A stretch of DNA of 64,000 nucleotides from an uncultured Nitrospiraceae bacterium. GTDB taxonomy: Bacteria; Nitrospirota; Thermodesulfovibrionia; Thermodesulfovibrionales; UBA6898. Position numbers and translations under genes: made by a program. The stretch is from NCBI GenBank assembly GCA_963811165.1, contig CAWEQH010000010.1:480001-544000 (forward strand), in the 5' to 3' direction. The notes below the pieces were generated by a model. It had not been told where the DNA came from. It did not search any database and saw nothing but the letters and a program-made list of their open reading frames with translations. Positions 10,440 to 19,941 of this stretch are shown piece by piece; position 1 is the first letter of the stretch, and each line of letters opens with the position of its first letter.

Positions 10440-10793
10440 ATGACCGCCTTTGTTGCGATTGCATTGATAGTGCTTCTGGGTGTTACCCTTCTCGTCCTTC
10501 TTTCCGGCATCGCCCTCTATGCCAGACTGATAAAACTCAGAACAGCGGTCACATCCGCGCGGGCGGAGATAGACAATGCCCTCAAGAAGCGACATGTGTC
10601 TCCCGACCTCAGGAGCGACACCGATTTTGGGAGGCTGCAGGATGGGCTTGGGAAGGTTGAAGACAACATAACGGCTGAGGCCCGCGCTTACAATGCGGCG
10701 GCTAGGGATTACAATTCAGCGATCGAAACCTTTCCTGCAGACTTAATCGCGAAGTGTTTCAGCCTAAAAAAATCCGAGTTCTTTGATCCTTAA
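10440..10793 (+). CDS. Short LemA-family protein
   Basis: N-terminal TM, then AEIDNALKKR and YNAAARDYNSAIETFPADLIA. Confidence 0.7.
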   Translation: MTAFVAIALIVLLGVTLLVLLSGIALYARLIKLRTAVTSARAEIDNALKKRHVSPDLRSDTDFGRLQDGLGKVEDNITAEARAYNAAARDYNSAIETFPADLIAKCFSLKKSEFFDP

Positions 10794-10873
10794 TAACCAA
10801 ATATTGTCAGAACCTCATGGTTTATGTTGTAATTGATATATTTCAGAAAGAGGCGTTTTACTAATCCTTACAT

Positions 10874-11272
10874 ATGACAAAATACGAGCCGCTGAATAAA
10901 TTTCTCAAAAACACAAGGCGCCACAGGAGATTTCCCGTGGAGGGGATGGACATCCGCATACAGTCAAAAGCTGAGGCTGAAACGTCTGGTCCTTCCCAAG
11001 ATTACAGGGTAATATCGATCAACCTGGGAGGGGCGCTTATGGAGGGAGAGAGTAGCCACCAACAGGATAACAAGTTATGTATAGAGCTCCTCCTTCCCGA
11101 AAATGTCCGCATCTCCCTTACCGGAAGAGTCACCTCCTGTCACCTCTCAAAAGCCAACGACAAGCGGTACGATGTGGGGATTGAGTTCATGTCCATGTCA
11201 GAGGAGGACAGGGGAAAACTAAAGCAATTTATTCAATGGCTCTACCTCAAAGATGCGGGATTCACGGAATAA
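10874..11272 (+). CDS. PilZ-domain protein
   Basis: RRHRRF (RxxxR), SINLGGA (DxSxxG-like), YDVGIEF. Confidence 0.8.
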   Translation: MTKYEPLNKFLKNTRRHRRFPVEGMDIRIQSKAEAETSGPSQDYRVISINLGGALMEGESSHQQDNKLCIELLLPENVRISLTGRVTSCHLSKANDKRYDVGIEFMSMSEEDRGKLKQFIQWLYLKDAGFTE

Positions 11273-11289
11273 ACATTCTTAAAAAGCTC

Positions 11290-12225
11290 TCAGCGTTCGG
11301 CTCTCAGCAGTTCAAGCGTCTTATTCAGACTCGCCATGTCCTCGACGTTGAAGATCCTCGCTGCAGGCTCTATCCTTTTAATAAGGCCCGAAAGCACCTT
11401 GCCCGGACCCGCTTCGATGAAGGTGCTTACGCCTTTATTTATGATATTCCTGATCGAGTCTTCCCATAAGAGCGGGCTATTGAGTTGCTTGACGAGTGAT
11501 ACCTTGATCTTTTCGGCGTTCATAAGAAACATCGCATCGGCGTTGTTTACAACCGGGACGACCGGATCTTTAAGTTCGATCGTATTGAGCAGTTCTCCAA
11601 GTCTGCTTGAGGCGCCGAGCATTAGCGTGCAGTGCGAAGGGGCGGATACGGCAAGCGGCAGCGCGCGCTTTGCGCCGGCCTCCTTGGCGAGTTTCATCGC
11701 GTCTTCGACAGCCTTCTTCTCACCGGCAATCACGATCTGGCCGGGACAATTATAGTTCGCCGGCGAGACATATCCTGATTCGACCGAAAGACAGATCTCA
11801 TCCACCTTGTTCCTGCCCAGGCCGATTATCGCCGCCATAAGCCCCTCGCCTTCCTTCACCGCCTCCTGCATGAACTGCCCTCTTTTTTCGGTGAGCCTTA
11901 CCGCGTCCTTAAGAGGGATGACGCCCGCTGCAACGAGGGCCGAATACTCGCCGAGGCTGTGACCGGCCACCACATCGGGAACAATCCCCTTGAGAGTTAA
12001 CACCGTATGCACCGCGATACTTGCGGTAAGAAGACAAGGCTGTGTCCTATATGTCTTATTGAGTTCTTCCTGAGGGCCTTCGAAGCTCAGCGCCTTTACG
12101 TCATACCCAAGTGCCGAAGATGCATCTTTATATAACGCCTTCACCTCATCGAAGTTTTCCCAAAGATCTTTCCCCATACCCACATATTGGGAGCCCTGAC
12201 CCGGAAATACGAAGGCCGTCTTCAT
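11290..12225 (-). CDS. fabD: Malonyl-CoA:ACP transacylase
   Basis: MKTAFVFPGQGSQ, GHSLGEY, ANYNCPGQ. True start at 12225 overlaps the etfA stop (ATGA). Confidence 0.96.
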   Translation of the reverse strand: MKTAFVFPGQGSQYVGMGKDLWENFDEVKALYKDASSALGYDVKALSFEGPQEELNKTYRTQPCLLTASIAVHTVLTLKGIVPDVVAGHSLGEYSALVAAGVIPLKDAVRLTEKRGQFMQEAVKEGEGLMAAIIGLGRNKVDEICLSVESGYVSPANYNCPGQIVIAGEKKAVEDAMKLAKEAGAKRALPLAVSAPSHCTLMLGASSRLGELLNTIELKDPVVPVVNNADAMFLMNAEKIKVSLVKQLNSPLLWEDSIRNIINKGVSTFIEAGPGKVLSGLIKRIEPAARIFNVEDMASLNKTLELLRAER

Positions 12226-13409
12226 GCTCCCCTTATCTCCCTTATCCTCTTCGTCAGCATCGGGACAATCTCGAAGATGTCTCCGACGATCCCGTAGTTC
12301 GCCACAGTGAATATAGGCGCCTCGGGATTTTTGTTTATCGCAACGATGATGTCTGAAGACTGCATCCCTACGAGGTGCTGTACCGCGCCGGATATGCCGC
12401 AGGCTATATATAATTTCGGGCCGACCGTCTTTCCCGTCTGGCCTATCTGGTGCCTGTAGGGGATCCATCCTTCGTCGACAGCCGCCCGCGAGGCCCCTAC
12501 GCAGCCGCCCAAAGCCTCGGCAAGTTCATAGAGCATCTGAAAGCCCTTCTCGCCGCCAACCCCTCTTCCGCCTGAAACAATGATGTTGGCCTCCTGGAGA
12601 TTCACCGATACTTCGGATACCTCTTTGACCGTCTCGATCACCTTCGTCCTTGACCTTACATTGCCGGCCCCGACCTTGACGATCTCGCCCTTTCTCTGCG
12701 CATCATACTCCGCCCTTTTCATCACCCTCGGCCTTACCGTCGCCATCTGCGGCCTTGTGTGAGGACAAAGTATGGTCGCCATAATATTGCCGCCGAAGGC
12801 CGGCCGGACCTGAAGAAGGTTCTTCGTTTCCCTGTCTATATCAAGGGCGGTGCAATCGGCGGTAAGACCGGTCTTCAGCCTTGCCGCAACCCTAGGGACA
12901 AAAGACCTGCCGATAGGTGTGGCCCCCGCCAAAACAATCTCCGGCTTATGCAGGGTGATCAGATCCGAAAGAAGCGCAGCATAGGGCTCGTCGTTGAAGT
13001 TCTTTACTATCTCCTCGCCACAGTGATATACCCGGTCAGCGCCCCATTTTATGAGCTCATCCGCGCCGGTTTCCGAGGGGCCGAAGAGGACGGCGGAGAC
13101 CTTTGTTCCGAGCATACCGGCAAGTCTCCGGCCTGCGCCGAGGAGCTCAAAAGAAACTCCCGCTATGATCCCTTCACGCTGTTCGGCAAAGACCCAGACG
13201 CCGCTGCCCTGGCCCTTCTCTTTTTCGTCGTAATCTTCCCGGACCTCAGTGATCGCGCCTTCCGGGCATACGCTCAGGCATGCCCTGCAGAGCTGGCAGA
13301 GTTCGTTGATCTCGGCCTTACCCTCTTTTATAACGATTGCGTCATAAGGGCATGAGGAGATGCATGTCTCGCAGGCAGTACACTTGTCTTTCGTTATCCT
13401 TATAAACAT
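12222..13409 (-). CDS. etfA: Electron transfer flavoprotein alpha subunit with N-terminal 2x[4Fe-4S] ferredoxin domain
   Basis: CTACETCISSCP and CQLCRACLSVCP; GLTADC, QIGQTG, GISGAVQH. Confidence 0.95.
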   Translation of the reverse strand: MFIRITKDKCTACETCISSCPYDAIVIKEGKAEINELCQLCRACLSVCPEGAITEVREDYDEKEKGQGSGVWVFAEQREGIIAGVSFELLGAGRRLAGMLGTKVSAVLFGPSETGADELIKWGADRVYHCGEEIVKNFNDEPYAALLSDLITLHKPEIVLAGATPIGRSFVPRVAARLKTGLTADCTALDIDRETKNLLQVRPAFGGNIMATILCPHTRPQMATVRPRVMKRAEYDAQRKGEIVKVGAGNVRSRTKVIETVKEVSEVSVNLQEANIIVSGGRGVGGEKGFQMLYELAEALGGCVGASRAAVDEGWIPYRHQIGQTGKTVGPKLYIACGISGAVQHLVGMQSSDIIVAINKNPEAPIFTVANYGIVGDIFEIVPMLTKRIREIRGA

Positions 13410-14182
13410 TTCAGCCCCACCAGTTCTTTTACGATAGAATCGATTTTTTCCTGGGTCGTGCCCTCGACCATCTTTCGGTCTTTCTTTGCATCGGGTGCAA
13501 AGATGTTCCTAACCTGGGTCGGAGACCCCTTCAGTCCGAGGCTGCTTTCGACAGCCTCGATGTCGGCGGCAGACAGCTTCTTTATCTCGGCCTTCTTGGC
13601 GGCCATCTTGCCCTTAAGCGACGGCATCCTCGGCACGTTCAGTTCTCTCACCACCGTCAGAAGCACAGGGAGGGAGGATTCTATCACATCGAAGCCGTCG
13701 TCCATCAGCCGCTCCACTATGATTCTGTCGTTTTGTATCTCATCGATCTTCCTTATATACGCCACATGCGGTATGTCGAGAAATTCCGCGATCTCGGGCC
13801 CGACCTGGGCCGTATCCCCATCTATCGCCTGTTTGCCGCAGAGTATGACATCGGCGCCCAAGTATTCCATTGCCTTTGAAAGCGCATAGGCGGTCGCCCA
13901 CGTGTCTGAGCCGGCAAAGGCCCTGTCGGTCAGGAGCACCGCATGATCGACGCCCATCGAGATCGCCTCCCTGAGGGCGGCCTCTGCCTGGGGCGGGCCC
14001 ATCGTGACTACCGTGACCGTCCCTCCGATCTTTTCCCTTATCTGAAGACCCGCCTCGATCGCATGCATGTCGTAAGGGTTAATTATGCTCTGCACACCGT
14101 CTCTGATCAGCGTGTTCGTCTCGGGATTGATCCTCACCTCAGCGGTGTCAGGGACCTGTTTTACACATACGACTATCTTCAC
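13400..14182 (-). CDS. etfB: Electron transfer flavoprotein beta subunit
   Basis: VCVKQVPD, INPYD, GKQAIDGDTAQVG. Confidence 0.96.
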   Translation of the reverse strand: MKIVVCVKQVPDTAEVRINPETNTLIRDGVQSIINPYDMHAIEAGLQIREKIGGTVTVVTMGPPQAEAALREAISMGVDHAVLLTDRAFAGSDTWATAYALSKAMEYLGADVILCGKQAIDGDTAQVGPEIAEFLDIPHVAYIRKIDEIQNDRIIVERLMDDGFDVIESSLPVLLTVVRELNVPRMPSLKGKMAAKKAEIKKLSAADIEAVESSLGLKGSPTQVRNIFAPDAKKDRKMVEGTTQEKIDSIVKELVGLKCL

Positions 14183-14299
14183 AGATTTTTTCCTCCAGAA
14201 TTATTGAAACGGCTCTATTATATCAAACTGAAACAACAAACTCTTGACACAAAAATGCATTTAGAACAAATAATGCAGAGACATGCGGAAAAAGTCGTC

Positions 14300-15463
14300 T
14301 TATTTATTATTTCTTGCGGCCTCTTTAATAAGCGCCTGCCCGATAACGTTCCTCTGTATCTGGTTCGTCCCCTCATAGATCTGAAGTATCTTTGCGTCCC
14401 TCATCATTTTTTCAACGGGGTATTCCTTCATATAGCCCGAACCTCCCATCACCTGGACCGCGTCTACCGTGACCTTCATCGCAACGTCCGTCGCAAAGAC
14501 CTTCGACATCGCAGACTCCTTGGAGACGTCCTTGGCGCCGCTGTCTACGAGCCTGGCGACCGCGTACACAAGGGCACGCGCGGCCTCGATCGAAGTAGCC
14601 ATGTCGGCAAGCATATGCTGCACCGCCTGGAAGGTTATGACCGGGTGGCCGAACTGCACCCTCTGGCGGGCGAATTTCACCGCCTCTTCAAAGGCGCCCT
14701 GAGCGACGCCCACTCCCTGAGCCCCCACTCCGGTCCGCGAATTATCGAGCGTCTTCATTGCAACGACAAACCCCATCCCTTCTTTGCCGATAAGATTGTC
14801 CTTGGGGATGCGGCAATTATCGAATATGAGCTCCGTAGTTGCCGAGGCCCTTATCCCCATCTTGTTTTCCTTCTTGCCGAAAGAGAATCCGGGCGTGCCT
14901 TTCTCAGCGACAAAGGCTGACGCACCGCGGGGCCCTTTTGAGCGGTCGGTTATTGCGATGATCGTATATATCTCGGCCTCACCGCCGTTGGTGATCCACT
15001 GCTTCGTGCCGTTTAGGATATATTCATTTCCCTCAAGACGCGCGGTAGTCTGTATCCCGCTTGCGTCGCTGCCCGCGTTCGCTTCGGTCAGGCCGAAAGC
15101 GACAAGTCTCTTTCCGGCGGCAATGTCCGGAAGGTACTTCTTTTTCTGCGCATCAGTGCCGAAGAGCAAAAGGGGATAGGTCCCAAGGGCATTGGCCGCA
15201 TAGGTAGTCGACACGCCCAGACACGCCCTGGACAACTCCTCGACCGCTATGGAAAGTTCAAGGCATCCTTTCCCAAGACCGCCGAATTCTTCTGGTATAA
15301 AAAGACCGAAAAGGTCGGATTGGGCCAACGTCTTCATTATGTCCCAGGGGAATTGCCCTGTTTCGTCGAGCTCGCTTCTTACGGGCACGATCTTCTCTTC
15401 GGCGATCTGCCGCGCAAGGTCTCTAATCATAATCTGTTCTTCACTCAAAAAATAATCCATCAT
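14300..15463 (-). CDS. Acyl-CoA dehydrogenase (butyryl-CoA dehydrogenase-like)
   Basis: FGLTEANAGSD, NGTKQWITNG, KMGIRAS, IYEGTNQIQR. Confidence 0.95.
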   Translation of the reverse strand: MMDYFLSEEQIMIRDLARQIAEEKIVPVRSELDETGQFPWDIMKTLAQSDLFGLFIPEEFGGLGKGCLELSIAVEELSRACLGVSTTYAANALGTYPLLLFGTDAQKKKYLPDIAAGKRLVAFGLTEANAGSDASGIQTTARLEGNEYILNGTKQWITNGGEAEIYTIIAITDRSKGPRGASAFVAEKGTPGFSFGKKENKMGIRASATTELIFDNCRIPKDNLIGKEGMGFVVAMKTLDNSRTGVGAQGVGVAQGAFEEAVKFARQRVQFGHPVITFQAVQHMLADMATSIEAARALVYAVARLVDSGAKDVSKESAMSKVFATDVAMKVTVDAVQVMGGSGYMKEYPVEKMMRDAKILQIYEGTNQIQRNVIGQALIKEAARNNK

Positions 15464-15612
15464 TACCTCCAGAATTTCGCTCGCCCGATCAAATAAAGAT
15501 GTTCCAAATCATGGATCGTCACACAACTGCCAATTTTACCAGAATTGGCATACTTTTTGGAAGAAAAGTAAAGAATCAGCGCCCGGTGCGGGACATACCC
15601 GCACTCCCGCCG

Positions 15613-16458
15613 CTAATGTCTGCCCAGTTGTTCTTTCGACGCGGTCACGCCCCCTAGCCTCGTTTTCTTCGAGGCCTTCCCCTTCTTTCCTAAAGTCCTG
15701 TAAAGATCGAAAGCCCTTTGAGGGGAGGCGTTTTCATGAACAACAGCCCTGACAGCCTGTATCATGGCGACAGGGTCATCGGCCTGGAAGATGTTTCTCC
15801 CCATGTCGACCCCCGCCGCTCCTCTTTTGATCGCATTATGGGTGAGTTCGAGCGCTTCCAACTCGGGCAGTTTCTTGCCGCCGGCCATCACAAGAGGTAC
15901 GGGGCAGGTCTTTACCAGTTTCTCGAAGCCCTCGCAGTAATAGGTCTTTACCACGTGGGCGCCCAGTTCCGCCGCGATACGGCAGCAAAGCGCAAGATAC
16001 CGGGCGTCCCTCGCCATGTCCTTGCCGACGGCCGTCACCGCAAGGACCGGAATACCGAACCGGTGGCCTTCATCTATCAGTTTAGTCAGATTAAGGAGCG
16101 TCTGTTTTTCGTTGGGAGAGCCGACATATATGGACAGGGCCACCGCAGAGACATTGAGCCTCACCGCATCATCCATCGCCACCGTGATCCCTTCATCCGA
16201 AAGCTCGCTCAGGATACTGTTGCCGCCGGAGACCCTCAGGACTATAGGCGTTTCGGTAGATGCATCTACCGAAGTTCTGAGGACGCCTCTTGTGGGCATA
16301 AGCGCATCGGCATATGGCAAAAGGGGTCCGATCGTTCTGCCCGGGTCTTCGAGCCCTGAGGTGGGACCAAGAAAATATCCGTGGTCGACCGCAAGCATCA
16401 CTGTCTTGCCGTCGGGTTTGATTATCCTTGAAAGACGGTTTTTAATTCCCCAATCCAT
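15613..16458 (-). CDS. lsrF: LsrF-like class I aldolase/thiolase (DeoC/FbaB family)
   Basis: MDWGIKNRL, MLAVDHGYFLGPT, VKTYY, GVDMGRNIFQ. Confidence 0.85.
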   Translation of the reverse strand: MDWGIKNRLSRIIKPDGKTVMLAVDHGYFLGPTSGLEDPGRTIGPLLPYADALMPTRGVLRTSVDASTETPIVLRVSGGNSILSELSDEGITVAMDDAVRLNVSAVALSIYVGSPNEKQTLLNLTKLIDEGHRFGIPVLAVTAVGKDMARDARYLALCCRIAAELGAHVVKTYYCEGFEKLVKTCPVPLVMAGGKKLPELEALELTHNAIKRGAAGVDMGRNIFQADDPVAMIQAVRAVVHENASPQRAFDLYRTLGKKGKASKKTRLGGVTASKEQLGRH

Positions 16459-16486
16459 AATATGTCCTCCTGATATTTTTTCCGCC

Positions 16487-17509
16487 CTAGGGCGTGATGA
16501 TTACCTTTAGGGATTCCCCGGCAAGCTCGACAAGACGAAACCCTTCGGCCGTATCCTCAAGGGGCAGTCTGTGCGTAATCATGTCGCGCACATTCACCTT
16601 TCCCTGTCTGATGAGTTCCATGGAAGTCATATGCTCGCTATAATTGGCGGCGTAGGATGAGGTGAGCGTTATCTCATTACGCCAGAAGAGGTCGTTTACC
16701 GGAAGGGGGACTGATACCCCCTTGTCGGCGGGCGCAAAAAAAAGGATCGTACCCCCCCGGTCCACGGATTGAAACGCCTGCATAATGGCCCTTTCCGCAC
16801 TGGTCGTAACGACAACGATGTCCGCAGGTCTGCCCTTGTTTATATTTCTGAAAGTCACGGCCACGTCTTCCCCTGCATCGATCACCTCGTCCGCTCCTAA
16901 TCTTGCGGCGACCCCGCGTCTGTATTTATTAATGTCCGTCGCAACAACGAGAGAGGCCCCGAGTGCCCGGGCAAGTTGCACATGCAAAAGTCCGGAGATA
17001 CCGCTGCCGATGACCAGAACACTCCTATAACCCTGCGTTCCGGCAATCCTCTGTCCGCGATACACACAGGCCAGCGGCTCTATAAAGGTCGCTTCTTCAA
17101 AGGACATGCCTTCCGGAAGCAGATAGACTCCCCTGTCCACATTGATGGACGGCAGCCGCACGTATTCGCTGAACCCTCCGGGATAAAAATTCGTGCTCCT
17201 TAGGGTATCGCATACCGTCTCGTGCCCCTTCCGGCAGTAATGACATGTGTTGCAAGGTACATGATGTGATGCGCTGACCCTGTCACCGGCCTTGAAAGCG
17301 GTCACCCCTTCGCCTACCGCAGCGACCTCGCCCCCGATCTCGTGGCCGAGTACGACAGGCCCCCTGCCCTGCCTGTACCAGTGCATCACGTCGCTTCCGC
17401 ATATTCCGCTGGCCCTGATGCGGATGACCACCTCTCCGCGTCCGGCGCCGGGAACCGGCATATCCTCGATCCTTATGTCGCCGGAGCCATAGTATTTTGC
17501 CACCTTCAT
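16487..17509 (-). CDS. Zinc-dependent alcohol/polyol dehydrogenase (MDR family)
   Basis: GICGSD, GHE, CNTCHYC...C, GSGISG. Confidence 0.92.
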   Translation of the reverse strand: MKVAKYYGSGDIRIEDMPVPGAGRGEVVIRIRASGICGSDVMHWYRQGRGPVVLGHEIGGEVAAVGEGVTAFKAGDRVSASHHVPCNTCHYCRKGHETVCDTLRSTNFYPGGFSEYVRLPSINVDRGVYLLPEGMSFEEATFIEPLACVYRGQRIAGTQGYRSVLVIGSGISGLLHVQLARALGASLVVATDINKYRRGVAARLGADEVIDAGEDVAVTFRNINKGRPADIVVVTTSAERAIMQAFQSVDRGGTILFFAPADKGVSVPLPVNDLFWRNEITLTSSYAANYSEHMTSMELIRQGKVNVRDMITHRLPLEDTAEGFRLVELAGESLKVIITP

Positions 17510-17531
17510 GGCCGTTCTCCGATTAACGCCT

Positions 17532-18872
17532 TCACGCGCTGATATCCACACCCGGGATTATAAGACTTGGGGCCCCGATATTTCCGTAGAACCTAAGGTC
17601 GTCGCCGACGGCCTCGATCTTTTCGAAGAACTCAAGGATATTGCCTGAAAGGACGGCCTCTTTCACGGGGAATGCAATTTCTCCTTTTTCAACCCAGAGT
17701 CCTGTCACTCCCACGGAGAAGTCGCCCGTAATAGGGTTTGCGGTGTGGATCCCCATCGCATCGGTCACATAGAGTCCCTTGTCTATCGCGCCAAATAACC
17801 TTCCCTTCGACACGACATGGGTCCCGGAAACCGGCTCCAGGAAAAGGTTCGATGCCCCCACAGAGGGCAGGGACGAAAACCCTCCTCTCGATGCATTCCC
17901 GGTAGAGACAACACCTGCCTTGCGGCCGGTATAGGTGTTGAAAAGATACGTCTTGAGAACTCCTTCCCGGATTACCGTCTTTTTTTGCGAGGGAACTCCT
18001 TCGTCATCGACCGGGCCGCTTCCGAGCTTACCATCAAGAAGACCGCTGTCGATCAGATTTATTCGGGAACTGACGACCTTCCTGCCGAGCCTCCCCGCAA
18101 GAAGGGACTTGCTTTTCTGCACCGCCTCCGAAGAAAGCGACGAGGCGAATATCCCCAGGAATTCGGCCGTCACAGAGTTGTCTATAATCACATCGCCCTT
18201 GCAGCCTGTGATTTTTCGGGAACCGAGCAGCCATGTCGCCCTTTGTGCGGCCCCCCTCCCCACACCTTCGAATGAAATACTCCTAAGAAAACATCCTGCA
18301 TCATAATCCCAACCGACCTGGCTCTCTCCGTTTTCTTCTGCAATCGCCGTCACCTGCGCGCTGCATGAAGTGGAGCCATAACCGACCTTGACCCCTTTAG
18401 AATTAGCGATCACCGTCTCGTAAAACCCAAACGAGCCGGAGGCCTTTCTCACCTTTTTGATACGACTATCGGACTCGTAGACAGACCTCTCCATAAGCAT
18501 GACCGCTTTGATCGCCTCTTCTTCGTCGGTCGTCCTCAACAGCGGGTCCATGACAGAAACATCCGCGGGCACCGCGGCTTCAGGCAGCCCAAGAAAGTCA
18601 TCAGGGTCCGAAAATCGCGCCGCCCCAAGGGCGTTGGCTACTACGGAGTCCCTGTCGTCTGCTTCCGTCGCATAGGAAAAACCGAGACGGCTGTCCCGGA
18701 CGACACGGAGCGAATACCCGAGGCCTGTAGAGGACTTAAGCGACTCGACAACTTGTTCTTTGATCTCGACCGTGAGGCTTTTTGATGTACTCACGTAGAC
18801 CTCGGCCTCGTCGGCCCCGTCCTTTATCGCCCTGGCCATGACCTCTTCGGCGAACCCCGTATCAATCTTCAT
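17532..18872 (-). CDS. TldD/PmbA-family protein (PmbA/TldE-like)
   Basis: DDEGVP, STGNASR, NPITGDFS; no HExxH. Confidence 0.92.
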   Translation of the reverse strand: MKIDTGFAEEVMARAIKDGADEAEVYVSTSKSLTVEIKEQVVESLKSSTGLGYSLRVVRDSRLGFSYATEADDRDSVVANALGAARFSDPDDFLGLPEAAVPADVSVMDPLLRTTDEEEAIKAVMLMERSVYESDSRIKKVRKASGSFGFYETVIANSKGVKVGYGSTSCSAQVTAIAEENGESQVGWDYDAGCFLRSISFEGVGRGAAQRATWLLGSRKITGCKGDVIIDNSVTAEFLGIFASSLSSEAVQKSKSLLAGRLGRKVVSSRINLIDSGLLDGKLGSGPVDDEGVPSQKKTVIREGVLKTYLFNTYTGRKAGVVSTGNASRGGFSSLPSVGASNLFLEPVSGTHVVSKGRLFGAIDKGLYVTDAMGIHTANPITGDFSVGVTGLWVEKGEIAFPVKEAVLSGNILEFFEKIEAVGDDLRFYGNIGAPSLIIPGVDISA

Positions 18873-19233
18873 AATATGACGCTGAAGCGCTTTCCGATTC
18901 CCATACGGTCACCGCGGCGGTCCGCAGGTTTCCGTTGTTGATCTTCTTCTTAAGAGAATCGAATATCCATTTCGCTACGTTTTCCGATGAGGGGTTCTTT
19001 TCGGTAAACGGGAACACATCATTTAAGAAGGCATGGTCCAGCGGCGCAACGACCTCCTGCGCGATCTTCTTGAGGTCGTGAAAGTCTATCGCAATATCGA
19101 GTTCGTTGAGCCTTTCGGCCGAAACACTTATCTGGACCCGCCAGTTATGGCCGTGCAGGTTTTCGCATTTTCCTTTGTACCCCCGCAGCTGATGCGCGGC
19201 GGCAAATCCCACTTCTATTGATAATTCGTACAT
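18862..19233 (-). CDS. queD: 6-carboxytetrahydropterin synthase
   Basis: FAAAH, CENLHGHNW, LDHAFLN, NPSSEN, WESE. Confidence 0.95.
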   Translation of the reverse strand: MYELSIEVGFAAAHQLRGYKGKCENLHGHNWRVQISVSAERLNELDIAIDFHDLKKIAQEVVAPLDHAFLNDVFPFTEKNPSSENVAKWIFDSLKKKINNGNLRTAAVTVWESESASASYYED

Positions 19234-19247
19234 GAGCTACCTCCGGA

Positions 19248-19769
19248 CTAAGTCGTCTTTTTGAAAATGGATATATAGGGCAGGTTTCTGAATTTGTTGT
19301 CGTAATCGAGGCCGTATCCCACCACGAATTCATTAGGTATAGAGAAACCGACATAATCGAGCGGCACCTGCACTTCCCTCCTGCCGGCCTTGTCGAGGAA
19401 CGTGCAGATCCTGAGGCTTCTCGGGCCCTTCATGAGTATCCGCTCCCTGATGCAATTGAGCGTTATGCCGGTGTCTACGATGTCTTCCACGAGAAGGACG
19501 TCCTTATCGGCGATCTCCTCCCTTACGTCATAATGCAATTTCACCTCACCCGTCGAGCCGCATTTGAGATAGCTCGACGCGATCAGAAAATCGACCATAA
19601 GCGGCGTTCTGATCATCCGTACGAGGTCGCTGAAAAAAACGAACGCCCCTTTCAGAATACCTACCGCAAGGAGGTCCTTTCCCTCGTATTCCTCGGATAT
19701 GACATCCGCAAGTTCCTTCACCTTCCTCTGTATCTGCTCCACGGTCAAAAAAGGTCTGCCGACTACCAA
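19248..19769 (-). CDS. hpt: Hypoxanthine phosphoribosyltransferase
   Basis: VLLVEDIVDTGIT, FVVGYGLDY, RNLPYI. Confidence 0.95.
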   Translation of the reverse strand: MVVGRPFLTVEQIQRKVKELADVISEEYEGKDLLAVGILKGAFVFFSDLVRMIRTPLMVDFLIASSYLKCGSTGEVKLHYDVREEIADKDVLLVEDIVDTGITLNCIRERILMKGPRSLRICTFLDKAGRREVQVPLDYVGFSIPNEFVVGYGLDYDNKFRNLPYISIFKKTT

Positions 19770-19941
19770 TTCATTCCTCCTCGGTCAATGTATACGTTCT
19801 ATATTACCTGCCGGCGTTGACTATTCTCAACAAAAAACATCGGCGAATGGCGTGGAGTTTATCAAAAATGCCTCGATAAAGCCCGGTTCTTTTCAGGGGC
19901 AACTCCTGGGGGGAAGACAGAGCGTACGCATCTGAGCAGAT

